A DNA stretch of 64,000 bases from Vicugna vicugna. Lineage: Eukaryota. The position numbers and the translations under genes are program-made. Where the stretch lies: contig MU058824.1 in NCBI GenBank assembly GCA_013265495.1, forward strand, positions 806,001 to 870,000, read 5' to 3'. The notes beneath the pieces were generated by a model. That model had not been told where the DNA came from, ran no database searches, and was given only the letters and a program-made list of their open reading frames with translations. Position 1 is the first letter of the stretch, and every line of letters begins with the position of its first letter. Shown here piece by piece: positions 1-12,394 of the stretch.

Positions 1-394
1 GCCAGACTTGTTGGAAGGTCAGTGTGATGGTGTTTGTCCTCCTCTTGCTGTTCCTCCAACCAGAAGGGATCAGGTGTGTTTGTAATCAGTGCCCCAGCGA
101 GGGCCTTTGTAGGACAGGTGTGGCGGTGAAAGGCCATGGGGACCTGGGCTCAGGGCATATGGAAAGAACAGATCCAAATTAGGCCATGCAAGAGCCAACT
201 CGTGTGACAGGTAATTATGGGCAACAAAGAAAGAGAAGTTGGGGTGAAAGGCGTCCCGTGGCACTGAGTCACAGGGAGGGGGCTGTGGCTGTGTGGAACC
301 TTAGGTTGTAAGTCATAATGCTGTGGCTACAACCCCTGACTCTGGGTTCTGGGCCAGGAGGACTTCCCCACACCAATTACTATAAAAATGACCT

Positions 395-610
395 CACTTG
401 GGGCCCATGCCTGTGGTGCTTTGAGAACACAGGGCGTGTTCACAACCATTATGTGTTTATTTTCACAACAAAGCCTGTGAGGTTACTGCCAACATCCCCA
501 TTTTACAGGTGGGGAAACTGCAGCTCAGAATAACGTGATGTTGTGCCCAAGAATTTGAAGCTAGATCTGTGTGACCTCAAAACTAGTGCTTTTCTCACTG
601 TTCTCCACTG
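395..610 (-). mobile_element. MIR SINE fragment
   Basis: Antisense MIR core ccccattttacaggtggggaaactgcagctcaga. Confidence 0.75.
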
Positions 611-2728
611 CCCCACAGTACATGTGCTGGGTGTTAGAAGAGTGAGAGAATTAAAAAACATACGTCAGAATCCTAATCAAGAAAGGCCACTCCTGTGGAT
701 TTAGGGCTCAGAAGAGTGCTATGGGAAGGAGGCAAATTCCCACCCGATCAGAAGCTCTGGGTCCCATGAAACGTACTTCCCTCCTTGGCTAGCTGGCTGC
801 AGGGACTAAGCGATTCAGCTCCAGGCTGTCTCCTTACACTCTCAGAGCACATCCCCGCCCGTGTGGCTGCCAGCTGGTGGGTCTGGGAGTGCTTCTGGGC
901 TCTGCCCCCTTTGCCTCTAGCTTTTACTCTCAGCCTGATCTCTCTGGCTTCTAGCTCTTTCTAGACAGTACCTTTGGATTAATTATTTCTTTGGGCAGTT
1001 TTTCAGTATCGACATCCACAAGCAGGCCTCCGTGCCTATCCAGAGGACTGCATGCGCAGTCCTCACGTTTGTGATGAGTCCCAAAGCCTATTTTTAACCC
1101 CATCTCTAATCCGGGTTATGCACACAGTCTCAGCCAGACACTGCCAAGCCTGGGAGAAGACTCCTTCACACAGCTGAAAATTGGGTCTCCTTATGAGACC
1201 AGAGTCCTGATGGTGTAATACCTAAGCTGATCATTTCTACGATTGGTTTGAAGAGTAAACAAACACACATTGCATTGTACATGTGGTTTAAAAGCCATAA
1301 TTTTTAGGAAGCAAATATTTCAGAGATACCATGATTTATTTGGCCCCATTTTTGCATTTCTTTCTTTTTATTTAAAGCACTTAAAGCCTCAAACATGAAA
1401 ATGCCCAGGATTTCTCTTGACCCCTGAGGAGCCCTGGTGTTCCAACACCCCAGTTTCTGGGAATAGGAATTGGATGGAGACTCCTGCCACTTGCCTTCTG
1501 TCCAGCTCTTGGTTAACAGAACAGCTCTCAGCTCAGTCTCCCAAGTTAGAACCCCCTCTTCAGTGAGCGCTTCTGCCCACACCGCCACTGCCTTCATCTG
1601 GTCTTCTTCATCTTTCTCTTGGACTGTTATTTAAACATTCTGGAACGTGATCTTTCTGTTACCAGTTTCTTCCCATGCACTCCATTTTCCACACTGCTCT
1701 TAGAGGGATCGCTATAAAAAGCAAATCTAATCGTGGCTGAAAAACCTCAGTACCTTGGTTTTACTCCCAGCTTAGTTGGGGTGGGGTTTCTTTGCTGCTG
1801 TCATTGCCCATGGTGACTTCTCTCACACAGAAATGTGGGCTGGGGGATGGAGATGAGGGGGCAGTGCAAGACACAGGACCCCTCTAGTCCCAGAGAATAG
1901 AGGCAACTGAGGCCAATCCCTTCCCGGTGTTCCCCTCCCCAGCCTGCCCCACCAGCCTTCACCAGACCCATCAGCCGGACCATGGACAGTGGTGTCATTC
2001 TATGAGGCTCTTGCCCAGATCTAAGAAGAGACATACAGTGTCAAGGCACAAAATCCAGACACAGAAACCTTGTTTTTTCACATCATACAAGGGGCCTTAG
2101 GGCCTTCTGGAAGATGCCTCCTTCCGGCTGATGGGCTCCTGCCTCTGTCCAGTCCCCTTTTCCCACATGCTTTCCCCTTCAGCTCTGCAGTGTGGTGTCC
2201 TCACTGAACACCTCTTCCCAAGCGTCTGCTCTACCTCTCTCTGAGCTCACAAACTTGAGCAATACGTCAGGTTTTAGCAGGTCCCATGGCAAAGCGGAAG
2301 TGTGGCTCTGGTCCCCTGGGTGTCTGCGAGTCCATAGTTCCAGTTCACATTTTCTCTGCTGGGAGCGGTGCCTGATTCTTTATGTGGTTACCAACCAGGC
2401 AGATCTGCCTCACCCAGGCAGCAGTGGGTTTTCAGTCTGTTTTTAAAATTAAATCAACCCCTCAAATTCTACAGAGGAAAGGATTTTTCCCTCCCATTAA
2501 CATGTTTTGGCCTTGCCTCTTTTAGAAACCTGTGTGTCCCCACTACCATGTCTGGTTTTGACTAAAAGTCCAGCTTTCCTTGTAAAGAAGCTGGGCTAGC
2601 TGTGAGTGGCTGCTTTCTTTGCTACACAAGAAGGAGAGTGTGGCTCACACTCTGAACGAGGTAACAGAGGGGTCACTGGGACCCCCAGCAAAACATCCTG
2701 AACTCCTGCCACAATGAGCTTCTGGTCA

Positions 2729-3160
2729 TGTGCATTAGCTTCCTAGGGCTGCTGAGACAAATTACCACAAAACTTGGTAGCTTAAAACAACAGAAATGTA
2801 CTGTCTCATAGTTTTAGAAGCCAGAAGTCTGAGGCGCATGATTCTTCTGAAAGCTCTAGGAGGGAGCCCTTTCCTGCCTCTTCCAACTTCTATGGCTCCG
2901 GACGTTCCTTGGCTGTGGTGGCATTGCTCCCACCTCTGCCTCCATCCTCACATGGCCTCTCCTTTGTGTGTCTTTCTGCCCTCTTCTGTCTCAAATCTCC
3001 CTCTGCCTTTCTCTCATAAGGATATTGGTCATAATAATTCAGGTTAATCCAGGATGAACTCATCTCAAGATCCTTAACTTTATTACATCAGTGAAGACCC
3101 CTTTTCCAAATGACATCACATTCACAGGCTCTAGGTGTTATGACTTGGAGGCTGCCGTCT
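2729..3160 (-). mobile_element. MaLR LTR (MLT1A-C type)
   Basis: tgtgcattagcttcctagggctgctg...ttaaaacaacagaaatgtactgtctcatagttttagaagccagaag and ttaatccaggatgaactcatctcaagatccttaac match the antisense MLT1 pattern. Confidence 0.85.
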
Positions 3161-3469
3161 AACCCCTGCCCCATCCCAAGGCACACCACATCCTTTCATG
3201 GTTGTGCCTTCACAGGGGTTCTTTTCCCTCAACTTCTGCTGTCCTTCAGTGTCTTCCCTCTTGTCTGCCATCCCCAGGCTTTCCCCACTCTGCAAACTCG
3301 TTTGACCTTTAAGTATGAGTTCAAACATCCTTTGCGCAGAAAGCCTTCCCTTCTAGGAGGTTCTGTCACATGTTCTCTCCTCCAGGACCTTGCAGCACGT
3401 GCTCACTTGCCTGGAAGGCATCTGCCAGCCTAGGTTTGGAAATGAGGCCACACAGGTGAGTGCCGGGTC

Positions 3470-4545
3470 AGGCTGGAGAGAGCCACCCTACTAAAACCAC
3501 TCCTCTCAAGGTCACCAGGGACTTCCATTTTGCCAAACCCACTGGTCACTTCTCTTCCTTAATGCCCCCCCCCAACTAAACTGCTCCGCAACACTGGACA
3601 CAGTTCATTGCTCCCTCCTTGATCACTTTCTTTTCCTGGCTCCTTATGTGGCACCCTCCTTGATTTCCTCCCAGCTCACTGGCCACCTTTGCTGGTCTCT
3701 CTTCTGCTGCTAAACTTCTGGATATTGGAGTGCCCTAGGGCTCAGCTCCTCCCTCTTTTTATCCCTTCTCCCCAGGAGTTCCGTGGCTGCAAATAACAGC
3801 CACATATGCCATGACATTTAAATTTATGTTTAGCCCAAACTGTTTACCTCTGGATCTGTGTATCCAGCTATTGACTTGACATTTTCACTTCAATGTCTAG
3901 TGGATATTTCACATATAACATATTCAAAGCAAAACACCTGTTTTTCTCCCAACTTTGTTCCCTTTTTGCCCTCGCCATCCATTCAATTGCTCAAGCCAAA
4001 ACTCCAGAGTCATTGTTGATTATTTTTTCTTATTTCTCTTGTCACATCAGTCAGAAAGTACTATGAGCTTTACCTCCAACCTCTGTCTTGAACCTACCTA
4101 CATATTGTTTTTCCTCTCACTGCTGTCCCAGCCTCACTTCTCTTGTCTCAACTCCTACTTTTTTCCCTTTACTCCAGTCTTCCAGCCTCCTGGGCCTTCT
4201 CTGTGCTCTGCAAACAGACATGCTCATTTCCGCCTTCTGGACCTCCTCCTTCCTTTGTCTGGGATGCTCTTCTTTCAGATCTTAGCACCATCGCCTTCTT
4301 GTCTTTTGTGACTTAACACCGAAAGTATCCCTCCACCCACAGCACTTTCCATCCCAGGACCCATTTTGATTTCTGTTACTAACTAGTTACCTAAATTAAT
4401 CTTATTTACTTTGCCTTTGTTTGTTTACTTGACTAACATTGTCCCCTCTCTCTAGACAAACACAGATTCTTGCCTACCTTGATCGGTCACCATACCTGGC
4501 ACCTAATAGCAGCTGAATATATACTTGTGGAATAAATGAGTGTAT
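3470..4545 (+). mobile_element. L2 LINE 3' fragment
   Basis: ctctcaaggtcaccagggacttccattttgccaaaccc (L2 RT region), pyrimidine-rich body, and L2 tail cctggcacctaatagcagctgaatatatacttgtggaataaatga. Confidence 0.8.
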
Positions 4546-6329
4546 GTTTTAAAAAAAATCACTGTGGAGACAATTTGGAAAATAGACTTGAAGGGAAGAA
4601 AGCTGTGCTTTAGAAAATTCTCTCTGGCTAGAGTGTGTGGTGTGGATTGGACTTAGAAACCTCACAGTCGCTTGGAACACCAAACCTTGCAGGACGTTTG
4701 GTGAGGTGAATTCAGCATGATTATAGCCTAGAAATGAATTGGAAGAGTTCCTCATTGATTCTGACAAGTGGGCTCCTTTCCCTGTGCTGTTGCCTTTGAG
4801 TAGTGAAAATGAGGCCAAAATAGACTTCTGTATTTGGGTTGCTGACACCACAAGTGTGTGAAAATGAAATTAGATACTTTTCCCGTGGCAGCTCCTGACC
4901 CCAAAGTCACGGACAATGGCTCCGGGGACAGAGTTGTTCTCTGAGAGTGTCGTCTGGCAGTGAAGAAACAAGGGGAACGAGCCTGCCGTGGGTGCACTTC
5001 GCTCCTTGAGTCAGAGGTCCTTTTGGCTGGCCCAGTCATGGATAATGTGGGGACAGTTCTTTTCTTCCCAACTCTTCATTACTGCACAAAAGAGCACAGA
5101 GAGCTTCACAGAAAGGGGGTTAGCCAGGCTCCGTAACTCTAGGATTCTTCTTTCTCTATCCCAGAGCCTGAGTTCTCTTGCATTCTTTTCAAAGCACAGT
5201 AGAAATAGAAAGGACGCTTACAAAAGTGGATAAGAAGAAAACAATAGAAATCTCCTAAACCTGCTAAACTTTTCCCCTGAATCCCATGTTATGCATAATT
5301 TAGTCATTAAAAATATTTTTTCAGGACTAATGAAAAACCAGCCCAATGGCAATGATTCCCTCCCCCTCCCCCATTTTTGGGGGCAGATTTTATGGAGTGA
5401 TTTGAATTCACAGGGCCTCTCTTTCATTGTGCAGGCTGAGAAATTGTAAACCTCGTAATCGGGAGAGTTGGGTGATCTGAGTGGGCAAACCAGATCCGAG
5501 GAGCTGGCACAGTCCCCACGGATCCGCACGGAAGCTGAGCTTTGCCAGTCTGCACGGGCAGTCCCCTTTCTAAAAGACATATGATGTTCTGTTTGGCAGC
5601 ATGTTACAGCAGAAAAGTGTGGAATTAGAAGGAGGGACTCTAGACCGTGGTCCTCACTACTTGGATGACCTTTGGCGAACTGTATAGTTTTTGTGAGTCT
5701 AGGCTTTTGTGTCTTGAAAAGGGATACTATGTCCTTCCCCTTGGTACAATGCCATTCTGAGACTTAAATGTATATGTGTGCATGCTTAGGGAACTGGGAA
5801 GACCTCTGTGTATCTTAGTCATTATTTTCTAGTTTATCAAATCAAAGTCTCAGTCTAGAACAGATAAATCTATTCACAGTGAATGTTCATTCATTAGAAA
5901 GACTGATTGATGATGAGTTGGGATTCTGGATTCAGACCAGAAGACAGAAATAAATGTACTCTTGATGATATTTTAGAGCCTCTCCAATTGAATGTGACTT
6001 AATTTGGACATTCAGTATAGACCTCGAGTATTATATAGGGTGAAAAATGTGGTTATTGCGATTTAGTAAGAAAAGATGGTTTTTTCCATTCATGTACTCA
6101 AGAAATATTTGGGGGTGCAGGTAAAGGGTTTATAACAGCACATGGCACACGTCAAGTACTCAATAAATTCCCAATGTTATCATTGTTGTTGCTTTTGATG
6201 CTCTTTGCCAGGTCCTGGGCTGGCCTTTGGGGTTGCAAATATGCAAAGCCATAGCCTCCACCCACTTGCAGCTCTGAGTCTAGTAGGCGAGACAGATTTG
6301 TAAGCTGACAATTACAGGAAAATGAAGCA

Positions 6330-6515
6330 AGTTGGGGCAGTCAGAGACTGATTCAAGTCAGCCTGTCTATATTTGAAATTCTGTTCCATTATTTTTAGCC
6401 AGGTGAATTTGGGCAATTGACTTAAACTTTCAGGCTTTACTTCCCTCATCTGTAAAACAGGAGAATAATAGCACTGATTTTAAGGGATTGCTGAATGCAT
6501 GAAATTAGATAATTA
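6330..6515 (+). mobile_element. MIR SINE
   Basis: ttgggcaattgacttaaactttcaggctttacttccctcatctgtaaaacaggagaataata. Confidence 0.75.
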
Positions 6516-6551
6516 TTCATTCATTTATTTATCAAATATTTATTGAGCTTT

Positions 6552-7038
6552 GATGTTGGTGGAATAATGGTGTCCCCAGAGGCATCCGTGTCCTCATCCC
6601 CAGAACCTGTGAATATGTTAGGTTATGTGGCAAAAGGGAATTAAGTTTGCTAATCAGCTGAACTTAAAATAGGAAGATTATCCTGGATTAATAGGATTGG
6701 CCCGGTGTAATCATAGATGTCCTCAGAAGTGGAAGAGTGGGGCAGGAGGGTGGTTGGAGTCAGAGAGAGCTTTGAAAATGCTTTCCTGCTGATATTGAAG
6801 GTGGAGAAACAGGGCCACAAAACAAGGAATGCAGGAAGCCTCTAGAAACTAGAAAAAGCAAGGAATCATATTCTCCCCTAGAGCCTCCATAAGGAATGCA
6901 GCCCAGCCTACACCTTGATTTTAGCCCAGGGAGATTCATTTTAAACTTCTGACCTCCAGAGCTGCACAGTAATTTATTCGTGTTGTTTAAGCCACTGTTT
7001 GTGGTAACTTATTACAATCGCCTTGGGAAACTGATACA
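6552..7038 (+). mobile_element. MaLR LTR (MLT1D-like) inserted in an antisense L2
   Basis: atccccagaacctgtgaatatgttagg...tctccccta gagcctcc...gtttaagccactgtttgtggtaacttattac...aactgataca; TG...CA ends; L2 tail (ttcattcatttatttatcaaatatttattgagc) precedes it and L2 resumes after it. Confidence 0.9.
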
Positions 7039-7439
7039 AATGTCCACATGTGCCACCAAACTTTGTTCTAGGTACTGGAACTAAGCAGTCACCCTTGTGT
7101 GCGCACACACACATACACACACACGCATCCCCTGCTCTTTTGGCACTTTAATTCTAGAACAATAAATAAATAGACAAATATGTGTCAGAGGCTGATACCT
7201 GCTATGAAGAAAAATTAAAGCAGGGTAAAGGAGCTGGGCACAAAAGGGGGTATTATTTTGCATATGAGTTGTCCAGAGGGCCTTTGTAGTGAGATGGCAT
7301 TTGAATAGACATCTGGATTAAATGAGGACTTGACCCAGGTAGGTATCTCAGGAGAAGAGAGAGTAATCTTGGGTGACACAGCTCCTTTCTGAGGGCGATT
7401 CCCAAAGAGGAATGCAACTCTGAGACTTCAGAGTACCAC

Positions 7440-7650
7440 TTAAACAATAATTACCCCCCATTCCAGCCTGGGCAGCCACCATGTTACTTTCTGTCTCTGA
7501 ATTTGACTGCTCTAAGTAACACATGTAAATGGAATCATACAATATTTTCGGACTTTTGTGTCTGGCTTATTTCTGTTAGCATGATGTCTTCATGGTTCAC
7601 CCATGTTGTAGCTTGTGTCAGAATTTCATTCCTTTTTAAGGATTAAAAAT
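7440..7650 (-). mobile_element. Old L1 (L1M) 3' UTR fragment
   Basis: ctttctgtctctgaatttgactgctctaagtaacacatgtaaatggaatcatacaatatt...ggttcacccatgttgtagc. Confidence 0.85.
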
Positions 7651-7654
7651 ATTA

Positions 7655-7850
7655 GTCATGTGGATTTGAAATCACAAGACCTGTGCCCAAATTCCAGTTC
7701 TTATGAGCTCATGTGACCTTGAGTGTGCCCTCTGCTTCTCATTTCCTCATCCTTAAATAGTGAAAACAGTACCTACCCCACAGACGTGTTGGGTGGAGAA
7801 TTTGATATAATGGATGTGAAACCTCTTTAGAAAGATTATGATGCTGACAG
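7655..7850 (+). mobile_element. MIR SINE
   Basis: atgtgaccttgag...ttctcatttcctcatccttaaatagtgaaaacagtacctacccca. Confidence 0.7.
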
Positions 7851-8799
7851 CTATTTTTAGCAGTAAGAGGCTACTACATTGACTGTCAGGGGTTGATTTT
7901 TTCTCTTGGTCACCCTAATGACATCTTTCCAAGCAATTCCTTGGCCTGGCTGCACCCCTGATCCAGTTCACTTATCATGGCAGTCAAATGGACTTGGTTG
8001 TTTTCCTGTCAGCTTCTCGCTGTGTCACATCAGCACAACCGGAGATTAGGAGCCTCTGTCTCTGACCCAGACGCTTTGAACTTGTGTCCCTCCACTGTAC
8101 GCCAGGGCAAGTAAACCCTGATGGCTGGAGAAAACCCTCCTCCCCTTGGTTTTTTGTCACATTCTACAGCAACATCAGGCTCCCTGTTTCTGGGCCTGAC
8201 TCCACGAGGTCACTCTACCCTGGAGAGAGTGGGAGGATGGATTAGTGGGAAGTGATGTGAGGCAGCACAGCCTAGGAGTCGGAGGGCTGAGGGCCAGGCT
8301 GGATCGCCTATGAACTCGCTGTGTGACCACGTGTGAGGCCCTTTCCTTGGTTACCCTTCTCTGTATGATAAGGGGTGGGACTTGATGACCTCCAAGGTCA
8401 TTTCTGGCTCTGGCCTTCTGTGACTTATGAATGGTACATAAATTACCATTCCACTTCCTGTCAGTGACTCTCCATCTTTCCTTCACTCCTGCTCTCCACA
8501 TACTTGACTTGTCCCCAACAGCTCCTCAACTCCAGGTTCAGACTTCAACTTGATCCTTACCCCTAGCAGTGAGTCCCTATGTCTCCCCCACTCTTCACTG
8601 TGATTCCTTTCTGGTCCAATTTTCCGCTGTCTGGAGGAGCTGGCTGTAGAAACACCTGCTTTTCTAATGCATGCTGAAAGATGAATGGCTGACTATGGCT
8701 TCGGTTCTCATTTCACTTGCATTTTAGGAGAGAAGCAACACTTCAGCCTCAAAAGAATGGCCCTCACACGGTAAAGTCTTAACTGCAGAGTGGGGAGAT

Positions 8800-9560
8800 A
8801 GACTGAAGAAGTCAACATGGAGCCAGATTACGTAGGCATCCAAAGAGAAACTAAGAGGTTTGGACTTTGTCCAATGGCAACAGGAAGCCACTGAGGGTTT
8901 CTGAGTTGTATCTGAGCTATGTCTTCAAGGCATCATTCAGGCAGCCTTTTGAGGACTGGATTAAAGTGGGAAGAGAGCAGAGGCAGACAAGGGAGTGAAT
9001 CCTGGATCTAGGTGAGAGAGACCAAGAAGAACAGCAGTGGAGATGGAAAGAAAGAGATCTGCCTGAGAGGTTTTAGGAGAATCAACTGGACTTGGACCCC
9101 AGTAAATCTGGGGATGAGAGAGAGGGAGAAGTTGAGGATGACACTGACATTTCTAGCTTGCAAGCTGGATGCACAGTTTTGCCTATGGCTAATACAGAAA
9201 ACATGTCTCACCACTCTTCCCCGGCTCAGTATGCTGCAGCCACAGCCAAATCTGCTCTGGCCTCAGGGCTTTTGCCCTTGTGGATATCTGTGGCCAATTT
9301 TATCTCAAATGTCACCTCTTTCAAGAGACTTCTTTGATGACCCAATCTAAAGTAATTTGTCCACCCTGCTTGTCTCCCACTTCAGTCTTTATTCACCTCA
9401 TTTTTTATTCCTAGCTAAAATGAACTCATTCGTCTCTTTGCTTGGTTCCACTAGACTTTAAGTTCCACCTCGGTAGAGGTCTTATGTGTCTCATTCATGA
9501 ACATATCCCTGGCATCTAGAAGAGGGCTTGGCTTATAGCAGGTGCTTAGTAATTATAAGC
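8800..9560. mobile_element. Two L2 fragments (antisense about 8800-9190; sense 3' end about 9200-9560)
   Basis: ggaagccactgagggtttctgag...gagagagagggagaagttgaggatgac; ctcaaatgtcacctcttt...tatccctggcatctagaagagggcttggcttatagcaggtgctt. Confidence 0.65.
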
Positions 9561-9609
9561 TTAATACACAGGAAGGAAGGGAGGAAAGAAGGGAGAAGGC
9601 TGGAGTCAG

Positions 9610-10030
9610 ATGTGGCAGATTATTGCCGAAGATGACTGCAACATCTCCCACCTCGCATGCCTTTTGCAATGAGACTTGCTGCTCCTCTCGTCAGGAGGAA
9701 CTGGTTTCCTCTCTCTTGAACCTGGGCTGGTACTATGACTTGCTTTAGCCTGTAGAATGCAGCTGAAGTGATACTGGATGGCTTCAGTCTAGGCTCTAAG
9801 CAGCCTTGTGGCTTACATTTTCACACTCTTTCAGTGCTTCTCGTTGTTTCTGAGACCATTATGTTATCAGAAAGCCCAAGGCCCTGTGGAGGAAAACAGA
9901 GCCCTCTGGCCAACAGCAGCAGCTGACCTCTGCCCGTAGCACATCTGCCAGCTGAATGAGGCAAGAAGAGCCATCCTAAACAAGCCACAGAGTTGTGAAA
10001 AGCAGCACGTTGTTTTAAACCACTCAGTTT
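9610..10030 (+). mobile_element. Old MaLR LTR (MLT1 family)
   Basis: tgtggcagattattg...tcttgaacctgggctggtactatgacttgctttagcctgtagaatgcagctgaagtgatac...gttgttttaaaccactcagttt. Confidence 0.75.
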
Positions 10031-10111
10031 CTTTCTCCATTTTGGGCTTTGAGTTTTAGGAACTGATGGGCATCCAGATGGAGATGTACAGCAGGAATTG
10101 AATATAAGGAA

Positions 10112-10250
10112 TTATAATGCTATAACTATATATATTATAATATAATCGTATGTGCATATATATATGAATATATGTATATATTTACATCTGTATCTATGTA
10201 TTTATACATAAATATGTGAATGTATATATACATATATGTAATATAAAAAT
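10112..10250. repeat. Degenerate TA-rich low-complexity tract
   Basis: tatatattataatataat...atatatacatatatgtaatataaa. Confidence 0.8.
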
Positions 10251-11840
10251 GTATTTCTGGAAGAAACTGGTTTGATGACCTTTGAATTATACATATATGA
10301 GCCATTAATGTGATTAAGAAAAAAGTTCTATTGTTTCTTCTGGATTGTGAAGAAAAAATTGTGATAATAGTGTATCTTCTCTCACTCTGAAAAATTTTCA
10401 GATGGATGCATGGGGGCAGTTATAGTTAGATAAAGGAAGGGTTTCAATCCAGTGTGATTTGAGAAATATTCAGGACCCTGCCGGCTGGAAGTTTCTGCTT
10501 CACTGCTTCTGCTCACTGACTATTATCCCTTCGACTAAAAGTTAGACAGTGGATGCAGAAGCATCAGTTCCAGCCTAATATGTGCATTTGGTGCTTTTCA
10601 CCTTACAAAGCAATTTTCCCATCATCATCTCATTTAATCCTCACAGCAACTCTGTGGCATAGGTTCTGATTTTTTTTAAGTAAGAAAACAGAGGATTTAA
10701 TTGAAAGTTAAACAATTTATAGGTAGCAGAGTGAGGGCAGACCCAGCAGACCTTGTAAACTCCTGGGTCAGCATGCTTTCAGCAACATCACACTTATTTC
10801 AATAGAACAGTTTATGAGTTTCTTGGAAACTATTTACATAACAAAGAGAATGACCCTGGTCTCGAAAGCCATTCATTGTCTGTCATAGGAGACTTGGAGA
10901 TATCATCTTTGGGCAAGGTTTTCACCCATCTTGTAATTTAAGTAAAACTTTCATGCTAATTTCCTCTCCCTCCTAATGTTAGTTAGCCCTGGCTCCTGGG
11001 TAAGGAAAGGAAGTGCTTTCACACTTTATAGACAACGTTGGCTTCAATCACATCATTTGCTCCATTTTTTTCTCCTATGAAATATGAAAAAGCAGATGTA
11101 AAGGCTTCTCTGTTTCTCTTTAAAGGAAGAAGATAATAGTTATTTTGCACATTTTAACTTAACATATTTAAAAAGATTGAGAGTTGATTTTTTAATTGTA
11201 AAATTTATTCTGGATAAAAAATTAATGTGCAATGAGATAAGAATACTTTTTAGGGGGAAAGGAGTATTGGGAGACTAGGGGAAGTCTCAGGAGATCTGTT
11301 TGCAAACCTTCAGCAGCCATCATGCTCTCCCTGAGACCAGGCAGACACTGCCTGAGACCTTGACCCATTCTGGCATCAGAGGCAGGTGAACCACAGTTAG
11401 AATATTTGATTAGGGGTGGCATGTGGGAGTATCCTCTAACCAGGCATTTCATCTCTGCAATTCTCTATCATAGAATGAAAGGTCATACCTGACTCTCCTT
11501 TTCTCCTATTGATGTCTCATTTATTTCTTGAAAGATTCCTCTCACTTTTGACTTCCTCTCACTATTGACTTCCCCACTCTTCTTCTCTGTGCCCCTGGAT
11601 CCCTGCTTCATGGTGGACCGCTCCCCATTCACCTCCCTCATTTGCTGAGATCTGGATTGCATTCTGTGGACTTCCCCAGGGGAAGCTACTCATTCTTCTA
11701 CTTTTCATGCTCCACAAAGCTGAGAAAGGAGTTGACGTACTTCCGGATCTTTTCTTATGTTTATGGACATTATACTTTCACCCTAGTGAAAATTGTAATC
11801 TATTCTGAGTTTCATTCTACAGGGATATATAACCCACTAC

Positions 11841-12394
11841 TGTCACCGACCCTTTCAAGATGGGTCCCAACAAGGGTGCACCTGCCTGGTGTCCTTCGAG
11901 TGAATATAATGAGTTAGAGTTCAGTTGAGAAAGAAAGGAAAGTTTTATTCTTTGATTAAAAAGAAAGGAGGGATGTAAGCTAGTGCTCTAGAGCACACAC
12001 TCTACCCTGTGGGCTGTGGGCGGGGCTGCGGCATTCGGTCTTGTCAGTCAGCGGGGAGGGGGCGGGGCTCTCACGGGGCGGGCACAGCTGTATGGCTCAC
12101 GCTCCAGACGGCAGCTCGGGGCGCAGCGTCTCTGCACACGGCCCGTCGACCCCCGCCGCCGCCGTCGCCGCCGCCATCTTGAATAGAGCTGAGGGGTCGG
12201 TGTTGCCGGTTCCTGCCAGCAACACTGGTCTGAAGCGCCCGGTGCGACGCGTCTGCTCAGGCGACCTATGAGCAAGTGAAATTGGACTAGGCACAGAGGA
12301 AAAAAAAGGTTAGACTTTATTTTATTACCCAGGTTCTATTTTTATTTCCTAAGAATTGTCAGTGGGCTTTGCCGGTGATTCTCTCTGGTTATTA
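11841..12394 (-). mobile_element. Solo ERV LTR, CpG-rich, probably lineage-specific
   Basis: Starts TGTCACC at 11841 (minus-strand ...TGACA end); minus-strand AATAAA (ttttatt at about 11943); GC-rich core; possible imperfect 4-bp TSD ctac (11837-40) / ctgc (12395-98); right boundary uncertain (alternative ...GGCACA at 12295). Confidence 0.65.
12010..12270. promoter_or_regulatory. CpG-rich promoter-like segment with GC boxes and a YY1 motif
   Basis: GGGCGGGGC motifs at about 12017 and 12060, GGGGCGGG at about 12075; GCCGCCATCTTG at 12170-12181; dense CpG unlike the rest of the window. Confidence 0.55.

Noticed and set aside
12041..12294. Overlapping Ala/Arg/Pro-rich ORFs, including FKMAAATAAAG that resembles a housekeeping-gene start
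   Set aside because: They are by-products of the GC-rich LTR core; no convincing splice donor or recognisable protein follows
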